A stretch of 62,155 nt of DNA, counting the filler. It is 5 parts of 5 records of this genome, joined end to end, with 100 filler letters (N's around TTAATTAATTAA, not from the genome) between each part and the next. Parts side by side here need not be neighbours in the genome. Positions count along the whole stretch, not along the records: positions 1 to 30,301 come from DRR723986_17766; 4 more parts are not named here. One strand, given 5' to 3'. The translations under genes were made by a program, and so were the position numbers. Under the pieces are notes generated by a model. The model saw nothing but the letters and a program-made list of their open reading frames with translations. It did not search any database and was not told the origin of the DNA. Every line of letters starts with the position of its first letter. The stretch's first letter is position 1. This document shows positions 19,484 through 29,443 of this stretch, in pieces.

Positions 19484-21111
19484 TGAAGTTATCGACTTCT
19501 AATCGACGATCGACAATGAAGGCTTTTGCATTGCTCTGCGTTGCATCGGCGATGTCCGGCTGCTCAGCACTTCGCAGCACGTCTGTAGAAAACGAAGGAC
19601 TGTTGCGGAGACTTGCGCCGCTGGCCGGTGGTGAGCCGGCGCAGGTTGAGAAATTCACTGATCGCGATGACGCCGAGCATGCCGACTCAAAGATCGCCAA
19701 CCCACCAGCGAAGACGATCCGCTTTTCAGGTAGCGAGGTAGTTCTTGGGCTTAGCCATCCTGGGCAAATTGCACCCGCAGAGTTCAAGCAGACGATCAGC
19801 GAGTTCGTAGCTGATGAGCGGTTCACGTCTGGACGAACGTTTATTGAAAGGCATCCACGCGCTGCGAAACACTATCTTTGGAATCAGATTCTTAGCTTCG
19901 CGACGCAGAGTCAACGGGCGGCTGATGCTGAGAAACAGGCGTTTCAGTTTGTTTCCCAAGTTGCCTCGATGGGATTGCCAAGCGGTTCAAACTGGAAGAG
20001 CCTGTCCGAGGCGGCTCGAGGTGACAGAAAAACTTGGACAGAATTCACAACTGCGTACGCGCAGATCATGAAGCAATTGCAAGACAGCTCGAGCGAAAAC
20101 GATTCGGCCGAGGCGATCACTCAGTCGCTACGCAGAGCGGCTGAAGAACTAAAGCATCCGATTGTGATGGCCGAGTCCCTTCGACTGCTTGCCGCACGTG
20201 AGCTTGTCGAAGGTCGTTTTGCATGGGCCGAATCTCTGTGCTTGCAGGCGAGCGAGGTTGCGGCTGAGGCTGGCGATTTCAGCCGAGCGGCAGAGCTGAT
20301 GCTTGAGGCGTGTCGAGCAATCGAATCGCAATCTGATAGCGATGGATTCCTGCAGCGTCACCGTACAGCATGGGAAACTGCGATCGACTTCCAACTAAGC
20401 AGCCACCAACGCAGCGAAAGTATCGATGAACAGTTTTGGGAGCTTGCCGACGAAGCTCGCATGAAGTCGTACCAGTGGCCAAGTACCGTTGGGCAGGTTC
20501 TGATCAGTAAAGCGGCTTCTGTTGGCTGTGATAGCGATGCGAAATCCGAGACGCTCCTTTGGACGGCTGTAGCAGCGGAACATTATGATGCCGCGCGGTT
20601 CCAGCAGGCTTTGTTGTGCTTTAAGAAGGCGGAGAAGGAAGCATCGGAAACCGATAAGGGGTGGTTGCGAATCGCCCAAGGAAAATGCCTCGCATCACTT
20701 GGACAGGAAGGTGCGGCAGCGGCTATTCTGAGCGGTCCGGCCACGAGCGATTCCAAGCAGATGGCATGTGCAGCGAAGGCGGCTCTCGGAAGTGCCAAGC
20801 TGGCGGCGGGAGCCTATCAACAGGGAGCCCAGCTTCTCAACCGTGCCCTCAGCGATGCATCGGCGATTGAATTTGCTGGCAAGCTTGAGGCTCAGGCAGA
20901 CCTTGCCGTTGCGATCACCATCCTGGGCGACCTGGAGCAATCGCTTGATGCGCTTCAGCGAATCCAGTACGCATTTCAACAAAGTGGGGATCGCATCGGA
21001 CTCATCCAAGCATACGAGAATGAGCAAACTCTCTGCGAATTGGAGGGAGAATCGAGTCGAGCTCAGGCGGCGGCTTCAAAGATCGCCCAACTCGAGAGGG
21101 ATTGGCGGTAG
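19483..21111 (+). CDS. TPR-like lipoprotein, translationally coupled to the secretin
   Basis: ATG overlaps the secretin stop (TAATG); lipobox MSGC; Ala-rich TPR-like helical repeats. Confidence 0.8.
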   Translation: MKLSTSNRRSTMKAFALLCVASAMSGCSALRSTSVENEGLLRRLAPLAGGEPAQVEKFTDRDDAEHADSKIANPPAKTIRFSGSEVVLGLSHPGQIAPAEFKQTISEFVADERFTSGRTFIERHPRAAKHYLWNQILSFATQSQRAADAEKQAFQFVSQVASMGLPSGSNWKSLSEAARGDRKTWTEFTTAYAQIMKQLQDSSSENDSAEAITQSLRRAAEELKHPIVMAESLRLLAARELVEGRFAWAESLCLQASEVAAEAGDFSRAAELMLEACRAIESQSDSDGFLQRHRTAWETAIDFQLSSHQRSESIDEQFWELADEARMKSYQWPSTVGQVLISKAASVGCDSDAKSETLLWTAVAAEHYDAARFQQALLCFKKAEKEASETDKGWLRIAQGKCLASLGQEGAAAAILSGPATSDSKQMACAAKAALGSAKLAAGAYQQGAQLLNRALSDASAIEFAGKLEAQADLAVAITILGDLEQSLDALQRIQYAFQQSGDRIGLIQAYENEQTLCELEGESSRAQAAASKIAQLERDWR

Positions 21112-21491
21112 GTTTCAGTCGTGTGAAAAAAATCGCCTCGGCTGCTCATCGATCACCTTAGCATCCCCCAAAGTGCCGGCATCTTGGAAGACTATTCCGA
21201 CTACGACAATTGGAAGTAGCCCAAGATTAGCATTGGAATGCTCAATTTGAGCCGTTGGAATACGATGATCACATTTCTGGCAATACGTTTAGACTCCCGC
21301 TGGTGGTAACTGGATACCACCCGCCGTCCGGCGCGATACTCACGGCCCACGGTAGACTGCGCGTACGTCTTGCGAGTTGCATCGCTGGCTACCAAGATGC
21401 ACAGCACCGTTGTCGTGGGCTTGCGGTCGTTGCACCATGCGACCCGAGTCGGGCTTATTTCCCAAGTTGCCCCTTGGAACAAGTACTTGTT

Positions 21492-22145
21492 ATGGAAAGT
21501 GAAGCTAACGGAACAATCTTGGGTGGCCTGCCCGTGGTTGTCGGAGTAGTGGGTGGAATTGCTGCTGGAAAAAGCAATTTTGCCAACGTGATGCAATCGC
21601 TCGGTGCAGAGAGAATTGATGCCGATGTTATTGCACACCAAGTGTTAAGAAGGCCACTGGTCGTTCGTCGCCTTTGCCAACTGCTGGGCTCGGAGATCAT
21701 GACTAGCGGCGAAATTGATCGTGGAAAGCTGGCAGCGAGAGTCTTTTCAGCGGACGGAACCGCTACCCACGCATTGACCCAGCTAGAGGAGATAACTCAT
21801 CCGCTGATTCACGCTGAAGCGGTTAGACGTCTGGGACAAATGCGGGAGGCAGGAAAACCCGATGCCGTCATCCTCGATGCTCCGCTGCTTCTTGAAGCCG
21901 GGTGGGCGCCAATGTGTGACGTCATTGTATTCCTCGAAACGCCCGAAAATGTTCGCTTGTCGCGAGCGCAGGCGCGTGGCTGGACACGAGCTCACTTCGA
22001 TGCTCGCGAAGCAGCTCAACTGCCACTTGCTGAAAAGCGGCAACAGGCTTCGCACAGCATCAGCGGTGAATTGGATGCGGAGAAACTGCGTGAATACTGC
22101 GTTCAGTTGATAAAGAGCACTGTTGCGAACAAGCAAGCAATGTAG
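21492..22145 (+). CDS. coaE: Dephospho-CoA kinase
   Basis: GVVGGIAAGKS P-loop, IDADVIAH, IDRGKLA, LEEITHPLI, DAPLLLEAG; start set at ATG 21492. Confidence 0.93.
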   Translation: MESEANGTILGGLPVVVGVVGGIAAGKSNFANVMQSLGAERIDADVIAHQVLRRPLVVRRLCQLLGSEIMTSGEIDRGKLAARVFSADGTATHALTQLEEITHPLIHAEAVRRLGQMREAGKPDAVILDAPLLLEAGWAPMCDVIVFLETPENVRLSRAQARGWTRAHFDAREAAQLPLAEKRQQASHSISGELDAEKLREYCVQLIKSTVANKQAM

Positions 22146-22250
22146 CTGGACGCTACCAAACGAGTTCGCGGTGTGAACGGTCGCAACAATCCCAAGGGGA
22201 TAGCTTGTGGTACGCAGGCCGTCGAAAATGCGCTGGTGTTTGATTGTTAA

Positions 22251-22281
22251 GTTGGGGGACGCTGCATCGCAGTGCCCCAAC
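22251..22281. terminator. Hairpin between convergent coaE and EEP genes
   Basis: GTTGGGG..GCTGC-ATC-GCAGT..CCCCAAC; no clear U-tract. Confidence 0.4.
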
Positions 22282-22283
22282 GC

Positions 22284-23546
22284 CTACTTGCTGGGGACGA
22301 CGTCAATCCAAACTAGGTGATGGTCCGATGCACGCAGGCACTCTAGCAGTGCGTCTCGCTTCGACTCAGGAAACGACTCGAGCAGCGGCCAAAAAACTCC
22401 GCTTTCGATTGTCCGAAATGTACGGCTGGGCAAGACGTAGTCGACACGCAAATTACCGACACTTCGATCATTGAAATCGCTTGTGTCGTACTTAGATTCA
22501 CCTTTGTGATCTTTATTTGCTTTGCCCTGCCGCTGCGTTGCCGCCACAGCCCCGTCGCTGGATGGGCTACTTGTTGAGTCAACAAGCGGATGCTCTAGAA
22601 GACCGCGTATCGCTTCGCTGCGACTGCCTCCATCGTTGGGGTCGCTGTTCAAGTCCCCGACAACCACGAACGATGCTCCTTCGGGCAGACCGCCAGAACG
22701 TCCATTGTCGTCGATCAAGTATTTGCGTCCATCGAGATAATCGGTCAGCAATCGAATCTCGTCGTGGTTGCGTGCTCCATTGCGGTCTTCGGGGCCATCA
22801 AATGCAGGCGGAGTTGGATGGCTGGCTAGAACATGCAGCACACCGAACGGTGTCTGTACGGGGACATCCCAGAAGCTTTTGGATGAGATGCGAAGTTGCT
22901 GCCACACGTCGTCAGAGTAGTACGGAGTACCGTCCGCAGCCGGCCGTATCGCATCCGGCATTGCACTCCACCGGAGTTGCTGAAACCCACGTACGCTCCT
23001 TGCGTCGATGGGAAAACGGCTTAGCAGGGCCATGCCGTATTGCCCAGGGAATTTTCCGTATCCGAATGAATCTTCTGGATCGCCCGACTTGCCATTGTTG
23101 TTCAGGTCCAAGCCGGAGGGTTCTCCGGTGTTTACAGGTGCGGTGTAAATAAAGGGGTAAGTGATCTTGCTGCCACCCAGCATGTCTGGCTGGTCGTCAG
23201 CGAGATACTCTTCGGCGAACAGCTTCGCGGTGCTTGGTTTCTCCCCATCAAAGTCGACCTCATTCAAGAACAGGACGTCGGGTCGAACCTGCCTAATTAC
23301 TGCGGCCACACTCCTTGCCTGGGCGTGGCCACCAACTAGATCTTCACGCAATTTACCGGCAGTGTTGCGATTCAGTGACACGTTGTAGGTCGCAACTCGA
23401 AGCGGCTTTATCGCTGGCGAATCGGACTGCGCCGACGCCTGGCCCAAGAGTACGGTTCCAAGGGCCACTGTAAGCAGAGCCTTAGAGCTAAGCGAGCAGA
23501 TGTTGCGAATCGAAGAAGCGACTTCGAAGGTGTGCTGCGAAATCAT
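22284..23546 (-). CDS. Endonuclease/exonuclease/phosphatase family protein, exported
   Basis: RVATYN, PDVLFLNEVD, SHPTPPAFDG, GDLNSDP, LRVDYVLPS, SDHHLVW. Start uncertain. Confidence 0.92.
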   Translation of the reverse strand: MISQHTFEVASSIRNICSLSSKALLTVALGTVLLGQASAQSDSPAIKPLRVATYNVSLNRNTAGKLREDLVGGHAQARSVAAVIRQVRPDVLFLNEVDFDGEKPSTAKLFAEEYLADDQPDMLGGSKITYPFIYTAPVNTGEPSGLDLNNNGKSGDPEDSFGYGKFPGQYGMALLSRFPIDARSVRGFQQLRWSAMPDAIRPAADGTPYYSDDVWQQLRISSKSFWDVPVQTPFGVLHVLASHPTPPAFDGPEDRNGARNHDEIRLLTDYLDGRKYLIDDNGRSGGLPEGASFVVVGDLNSDPNDGGSRSEAIRGLLEHPLVDSTSSPSSDGAVAATQRQGKANKDHKGESKYDTSDFNDRSVGNLRVDYVLPSRTFRTIESGVFWPLLESFPESKRDALLECLRASDHHLVWIDVVPSK

Positions 23547-23860
23547 GGATAACTCTAGATTGTGATGATTCGATGAAGGAATTGGCTCGGACCAGTGTCC
23601 CCTGTCCAGCCGAAGCACACTATTCAAGCTAAGGGAACGCGAATTGAAAAGCCTGAGCTACTACTTTTTCCCCGCTTGCGATCGAGCGATACCGCCTTCG
23701 GAAGTTGGCTCTCAAAAAGTAGAAGTGGTGGCAATGGCGTGGATCGAGCCAATTCCAACGACTGACAAGTCTTGAGAAATCTGTTGGACAACCATGATTT
23801 CTGACCTACGTTTACTTGTAAAGGTCTGTGATCCTTCGGCCTACACAGGAAAAACTTACT

Positions 23861-24349
23861 ATGACACAGTCACGGAAAGGTGCATTTCGTTGCTCAATTG
23901 CACCTGAACACTCGGCTGCAGTTCTTCGAATTGGCGCACGAAAACACTCGGTAAACGTACTCGATACGTCCCGAGATGGATTCACGCTGCGCTGTACAGA
24001 GAAGGTCTCAAAGGCGTGGGGGGATCGCAAAGCCCGGCTTAAATTCCGCGGCGACACGTGGGAAATCAAACGTCTTGGGTCGTACAACGAGTCCAAGGAT
24101 ACTGTTCACGTCGGTTGCAAGCGTATTCGCGAATTGACCAAAATTGAGCAACCTTCGTCGGGACTGTTCTCGCTATTGACGTCCAAGAGTGCCGCGACCA
24201 CAGGCGACCCAACGTTCCTGATGTTCCTGCTCTGCGCATTTCTCTTTGCTTGTATCAGCTTGCCCGGGCTCGGTGACAAAATGGGGACCGCTCCGAAGGT
24301 TCGCTTCGGGATTGAGACGGTCATGGAAACGGTCGACGAACTCTTCTAG
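23861..24349 (+). CDS. PilZ-like domain protein with C-terminal TM helix
   Basis: RKGAFR near the N-terminus and DTSRDG (D-x-S-x-x-G); hydrophobic C-terminal helix. Confidence 0.7.
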   Translation: MTQSRKGAFRCSIAPEHSAAVLRIGARKHSVNVLDTSRDGFTLRCTEKVSKAWGDRKARLKFRGDTWEIKRLGSYNESKDTVHVGCKRIRELTKIEQPSSGLFSLLTSKSAATTGDPTFLMFLLCAFLFACISLPGLGDKMGTAPKVRFGIETVMETVDELF

Positions 24350-24388
24350 CTCGACGGCACAGTAGCCCTGGATCGCTCACAATTCACG

Positions 24389-24472
24389 GTGCCCTGGGAC
24401 TCATAGTGCCCTTGGACGTCATAGTGCCCTGGGACGTCATATTCCCCTGGGACGTCATATTCCCCTGGGACG
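24389..24472. repeat. 18-bp tandem repeat, ~4.7 copies
   Basis: gtgccctgggac-tcata / gtgcccttggacgtcata / gtgccctgggacgtcata / ttcccctgggacgtcata / ttcccctgggacg. Confidence 0.92.
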
Positions 24473-24474
24473 AG

Positions 24475-24554
24475 GCCTTCATTCGGGCGAATCTAAATTC
24501 TGGCGTGCTTAGATTCTCGCGAGCCTTCATTCTGGCGAGCGTAGACTCTGGCGA
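24475..24554. repeat. Degenerate 16-bp tandem repeat, 5 copies
   Basis: gccttcattcgggcga / atctaaattctggcgt / gcttagattctcgcga / gccttcattctggcga / gcgtagactctggcga. Confidence 0.8.
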
Positions 24555-24708
24555 ACCAAGCACCTTTGTCACCGGTGGGTTAGACAACCGGTGAGTTAGA
24601 CATCGGTGTGGTTTCACTGATTTCGGCCATCGGGCATGAAACGGTGAATCGAAATCCGGTTATCTTAGAGTGGCCCCAACCAAGCTACTTCACACCGGAT
24701 TAAGAACC

Positions 24709-26445
24709 ATGCCCCTGTTTCGAAGTTGTCGCCGCCTGCGGTGTATCACCCTGTTTGTGCTCGTGTTGGTATTCGGTGCAAATGCGATCTACGGAAAACG
24801 CCCTGACGGTCCGGCAGACTTGGTGATCGTCAACGCGACCATTTCGCTTTGCAATTCAGAGATGGACAGCTCCAATGCACTTGCCGTTCGTTCTGGACGG
24901 ATCATTGCAATCGGTGAAGATCAAGTCCGTCCGCTGATCGATCCACAATCAACCAAGGTGATTGATGCGACAGGCTCGTACGTGACGCCTGGCTTCGCGG
25001 ACAGCCATTTACACTTCGTTGGTCTTGGGCAATCTCTACAAATGCTCGACCTGCGAGACGCACGCACTTGGGACGAAATTGTTGCCCAGGTACGTGAGGC
25101 CGCGAAGTCTCTACCTAAGGGGACGTGGATAGAGGGACGAGGGTGGCACCAGTCAAAATGGACGTCGGTCCCCGCTGGCGGTGCCGATGGTTATCCATCG
25201 CATATGGCTATGAGCCAAGTTGTACCGGATCATCCAGTTGTACTTACACATGCCAGCGGCCACGCTCTTTTTGCTAACGCTGCTGCGATGAAGTTAGCCG
25301 GAGTCAATGACGCAACGCCTGATCCCGCAGGAGGGGAAGTACTCAAGGACGAGCAAGGTCGTGTGCTTGGCGTCTTTCGGGAAAACGCGCAGTCGCTGAT
25401 CCGGCGAGCCAAGGCCAGAACCGAGAAACGTTCCTCGAGTGAGCAAAGGCTGGAACTGCTGAAGGAGCAGATACGCCTGGCCGGAGTTGAATGCTTGCGG
25501 CACGGAATCACGTCCGTGCACGATGCTGGGAGCAGTTTCGCCCTGGCAGCGGAAATGGAAAAACTGGCCAATTCAGACTCGTTGCCAGTCCGAGTGTCGA
25601 TGATGATTCGAACCAACTCAGATGAGCTCTCTGGGCGGCTTGCGGCTTCAGCCAGAGTGCTAACCGACAATCGCCTCTTTTCACTTCGCAGTGTAAAAGT
25701 GTCCATCGATGGGGCTTTAGGGCCACACGGCGCTTGGCTTCTTCAGCCTTACCAGGACTTGCCCTCGTCCAGCGGTTTGAACACAGTAACAATCGCTGAA
25801 CTAGAGAAAATTGCTCGCCTTTGCAAACAACACCAGTGGCAATTGTGTGTGCATGCAATTGGCGACCGGGCAAACCAAGAAGTACTCGACGTCTACGAAG
25901 AGGCCCTTGGTGCAGAGTCATCTAGTGATCATCGCTGGCGTATCGAGCACGCGCAGCACTTATCGCCCGATGATATCCCGCGATTCGGTGAGCTTGGTGT
26001 GATCCCTGCCATGCAGGCCAATCACTGCACCAGTGATGCGGCGTACGTGCCAGTGCGGCTGGGAGAACGGCGTAGCCAACAGGGGGCCTACATGTGGCGA
26101 TCCCTCATCGACTCCGGTGCAATCATTCCTAATGGAACTGACGCTCCAGTTGAGCGAATTGATCCGCGCGTCAGCTTCTACGCTTCCGTCACACGGCGTT
26201 TGCCAGACGGTAGCCAATTCTACCCTGAGCAATGCATGACGCGGCGGGAAGCACTGCTAAGCTATACGCTTTGGCCCGCAATTGCGTCGTTTCAAGAAGA
26301 GCACATCGGTTCCATCGAGATTGGCAAACTGGCGGATCTCACAATTTGGGACCGCAATCTTCTTACCTGCCCGGAAGAGGACATCCTGAATGCTCGTGTT
26401 GTGCACACGATTCTCGGTGGACGTGTTGCGTTCACGCAGGAGTAA
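24709..26445 (+). CDS. Amidohydrolase-3 (YtcJ-like) metal-dependent hydrolase
   Basis: PGFADSHLH, DGALG, HAIGDRAN, RIEHAQ, GTDAPVE, GSIEIGKLAD. Confidence 0.93.
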   Translation: MPLFRSCRRLRCITLFVLVLVFGANAIYGKRPDGPADLVIVNATISLCNSEMDSSNALAVRSGRIIAIGEDQVRPLIDPQSTKVIDATGSYVTPGFADSHLHFVGLGQSLQMLDLRDARTWDEIVAQVREAAKSLPKGTWIEGRGWHQSKWTSVPAGGADGYPSHMAMSQVVPDHPVVLTHASGHALFANAAAMKLAGVNDATPDPAGGEVLKDEQGRVLGVFRENAQSLIRRAKARTEKRSSSEQRLELLKEQIRLAGVECLRHGITSVHDAGSSFALAAEMEKLANSDSLPVRVSMMIRTNSDELSGRLAASARVLTDNRLFSLRSVKVSIDGALGPHGAWLLQPYQDLPSSSGLNTVTIAELEKIARLCKQHQWQLCVHAIGDRANQEVLDVYEEALGAESSSDHRWRIEHAQHLSPDDIPRFGELGVIPAMQANHCTSDAAYVPVRLGERRSQQGAYMWRSLIDSGAIIPNGTDAPVERIDPRVSFYASVTRRLPDGSQFYPEQCMTRREALLSYTLWPAIASFQEEHIGSIEIGKLADLTIWDRNLLTCPEEDILNARVVHTILGGRVAFTQE

Positions 26446-26478
26446 AACACTTGCGTAAGACGGACCGGCAACGGCTAG

Positions 26479-27801
26479 CTACCGCAAGTCTGCATTGAAT
26501 TGGATCTCTTGAGAATCCAAAATGAAGTTGCTTTCAATGGTTAGGGATTTGCAATCGGATTCACTAACACCATCAATGCCGCAGACGAGCATCTCGCCAG
26601 GCAGCAAGCCCCGTAGGGAGACCGCGCTTTTGTGGTTTCCAGCGGTGAAATAGGCATCGCGATAAATGGGGGCAACGCCTTCGTTCGTCACCGTCAGCGT
26701 CAGAGTCGAACCTGAAAGCTCAGCCTTGGTGATACGGAATCGATAGCCCATCGCCATCCCGGCCGACCGAATCCGGTCGGCGTCCTGATAGCGAGGCTGG
26801 TCGTTCCCGATCATGTAGGAGACGTGAAATTGTTTCGAGGCAGCTTCTACGGAGACTCCATTTGGCCCCTTGGGTGAGAGCGCCAGCCGTTGGTCCTTCT
26901 TGTTGTAATAGCTGAACTCGCCGCCACCTGGAGATTGATGCCACCGCGACGTCCCCAGTGTTCTCCAGTTCGCTGCATTGAACTTCGGGTGCTCTTTGCA
27001 CAAGAACGAATCATCGAACACACCAAATTCGAGGCCGAGCAGTTCATCATTGTCTTCTAGCGGAGAGTAGTCGTAATCCGCTGCATCGACACTGATCGAC
27101 CATGGGAGATTATCAAAGCACTTGTCGAGATGCCGCAGGAATCTTGCCTGGAATTTCTTCCTGGGAAAAGTCTGGCCTAGAGTTCTGGGGCCTTCGTAAA
27201 TGTGATACTCAGCCCACAAGCCGAATCCGGTTTGCAAGAATGCGATTCTCGGATCCGAGTCATATCGTTCGGCTAGCTTCTTGTAAAACTCAAGTGTGAA
27301 TTCTTGAAGGGCCGTGTTGCTCCAGTCGCAGAAGTGTGTCTTCTTGCCTTCGCTGGTTCCGACAGTCTCGTTGTAGTGGGCCTGCGAAATGATGTGACCT
27401 GGAACGGTCGTCTTCTTGCCGACGTAGCAAAAATAAAACCGAAGGACGGCCTGATGGCCTCGCCCAGCGATTTCGTCGAGGACGCGGTCGATTTTGGTGA
27501 AGTCATATTCGCCATCTGTGTCGACGACTTCGTTGTAACCGCAGTAGCGATATTCTAAAGCAATGCTGCTCGCCAATTTCTTCGCTTGTGGATTGTCTTG
27601 CCAGAGAACAATACCTGTCATCGGTTGAACGGTGGTTATGCGAGATTGAATGGGTAACGACGAGACGGCGGCTGGCTCGCTACCCCATGAGCTTGATGAA
27701 CCTCCTGTGAGTGCGCAGATTGCATAGACGCATGTGACCATCATGTTCGCGTTCAACCGAAACAAACGATGGCGAACGAGCATGTTCAATTGTGGATTCA
27801 T
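26479..27801 (-). CDS. DUF4832-like putative glycoside hydrolase
   Basis: QPMTGIVLW, GFGLWAEYH, FDDSF, GGEFSYY, GYRF...NEGVAPIY C-terminal domain. Confidence 0.75.
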   Translation of the reverse strand: MNPQLNMLVRHRLFRLNANMMVTCVYAICALTGGSSSSWGSEPAAVSSLPIQSRITTVQPMTGIVLWQDNPQAKKLASSIALEYRYCGYNEVVDTDGEYDFTKIDRVLDEIAGRGHQAVLRFYFCYVGKKTTVPGHIISQAHYNETVGTSEGKKTHFCDWSNTALQEFTLEFYKKLAERYDSDPRIAFLQTGFGLWAEYHIYEGPRTLGQTFPRKKFQARFLRHLDKCFDNLPWSISVDAADYDYSPLEDNDELLGLEFGVFDDSFLCKEHPKFNAANWRTLGTSRWHQSPGGGEFSYYNKKDQRLALSPKGPNGVSVEAASKQFHVSYMIGNDQPRYQDADRIRSAGMAMGYRFRITKAELSGSTLTLTVTNEGVAPIYRDAYFTAGNHKSAVSLRGLLPGEMLVCGIDGVSESDCKSLTIESNFILDSQEIQFNADLR

Positions 27802-27853
27802 CAGATTCCAAGCTTAAGAGGCGGTGAGTCGGTAGTTCAATTGGCGCAGGTGG

Positions 27854-29224
27854 CTACTCGCCTGAGAAGTTCCAAATAGGCCCTTCATCGATTGCGTCTT
27901 GATGCAGGCGGATCATGATTTCCCTGAGGCGCGAGAGCTGCTGCGGCTGCTCGTTGGCAAGGTCGTTCGCCTGCGCTAAATCGTCTCGTACATTGTACAG
28001 TTCAAATGAAACGAGCCTGGTCGACTTAATTAGGGGCATGTCAACTGCGGAGATCCTGTGAGTTTTTTTCCTGGCTTCATCGTCAGAGTGAGCGATGAGG
28101 ACATAGTCTCCGAGGCGCATCGATGCTGCGGGGCTCGTGCGGTAGAAGAATGCCAACAAGGGACGCTCACGCGAAAATTCACGCTGGTCGAGTACATCGC
28201 GAACGCTAACACCGTCAATGGTTCTATCTGGCAGTTCCATATCGAGCATGTCACACAGCGTCGGCAGCAAATCCACTCCACCAACAGGTGCATCGGAAAC
28301 AGCCCCCGCTTCGACGACTCCTGGCCAGGATACGATGGCAGGCACACGGACTCCACCCTCCCATGTGAAGCTCTTCTTGCCGCGCAGGCCTTCGCAAGAC
28401 TTGGAATCTGTTGGGCCGTTGTCGGAAGCTAAGAACACGACGGTATCGTCGCCGACGCCCATGCTTTCCAACTTAGCCATGATGGTGCCGACCGCCGCGT
28501 CGGTGTACTCGGTCATGCCCTTGTAAGTGGCGCGTCGCTTACTTGAGCTTCGCTCCGCGTACTTTTCTTTCAGGGGTTCGGGAGCATCATGCGGAGAGTG
28601 AGTTTCGCTGAACGCGATGTAAGCGAAGAAAGGTTGCCTTTGACGCTCCATCCAGTTGCACGCTTCGTCAGCAACGATTTGGGCGGCCCAGCCATTTGTC
28701 TTACCAACGGGGCTTCCATTGCGAATCAGGTTGTCTGGATTCCGCTTGACCATGTTGTTATCGCAAGCCATCCAATAGTCGAAACCCTGGTCGGACGGGT
28801 CTGGCTGTTGGGATTCGAGTTGGCTTAAATGCCATTTCCCGAACATGCCTGTCGCATAGCCCGACTGTTTTAGGACTTCAGCCAGGGTGACCTCGGATTC
28901 GGGTAAGTGCATTGGACAGTCTGGCGGCAAATAACTGTACATGCCCACTCGAAATGGGAACCGCCCGGTAAGCAGGCCTGCCCGGGACGGCGAGCAATTG
29001 GGTGCGGGGGCGTAATAATTTGTAAAACGCATCCCACTGTCAGCTAAGCGGTCTATATTGGGCGTATCTATATCGCCTCCGAAACAGCCGAAATCAGTCC
29101 AGCCGGTATCGTCAAAGTAAATGACGACGACGTTGGGGTTCGATGCACTGGCATGTTGAATGCTAAGTGCGGCCAAAATGCAAGCTGTGATCAACGGCAG
29201 CCTGATTCGTTTGATGAAACGCAA
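27854..29224 (-). CDS. Cys-type sulfatase
   Basis: PNVVVIYFDDTGW, CSPSRAGLLTGR, GKWHL, SDNGP, EGGVRVP. Confidence 0.95.
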   Translation of the reverse strand: MRFIKRIRLPLITACILAALSIQHASASNPNVVVIYFDDTGWTDFGCFGGDIDTPNIDRLADSGMRFTNYYAPAPNCSPSRAGLLTGRFPFRVGMYSYLPPDCPMHLPESEVTLAEVLKQSGYATGMFGKWHLSQLESQQPDPSDQGFDYWMACDNNMVKRNPDNLIRNGSPVGKTNGWAAQIVADEACNWMERQRQPFFAYIAFSETHSPHDAPEPLKEKYAERSSSKRRATYKGMTEYTDAAVGTIMAKLESMGVGDDTVVFLASDNGPTDSKSCEGLRGKKSFTWEGGVRVPAIVSWPGVVEAGAVSDAPVGGVDLLPTLCDMLDMELPDRTIDGVSVRDVLDQREFSRERPLLAFFYRTSPAASMRLGDYVLIAHSDDEARKKTHRISAVDMPLIKSTRLVSFELYNVRDDLAQANDLANEQPQQLSRLREIMIRLHQDAIDEGPIWNFSGE

Positions 29225-29443
29225 GATACGCCCCTCTTCTATTCAGCGAACACGAACAGTCGCGATTCTTGATAATTTGGCTCGCCAAGACTTCTATGTG
29301 TTTGTGGAACGCAAGCTATGATTCGCGGCTCCAATTGCTTATCGCCGGCCACGTTGAGTGCTAGTCGGAGGTCACATTGTATGCTGCAGTTTCCAAACCG
29401 CTGGCAATGAGGAGCCAAGGCGAGAGTGTATCCGATTGTCGGA

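Noticed and set aside
21255..21491. N-terminal extension of CoaE (similarly the extensions predicted for FKBP, cytochrome c', TrhO and GST)
   Set aside because: ORF-caller longest-start artefacts; family homology or the signal peptide begins at downstream ATGs
24389..24554. CRISPR array
   Set aside because: Units are contiguous 16-18-mers with no unique spacers, and there are no cas genes
24384..24617. Small ORFs with repeated peptides (MTSQGN or VIFPWD repeats)
   Set aside because: By-products of the 18-bp repeat; one unit is 17 bp and there is no RBS or coding signature
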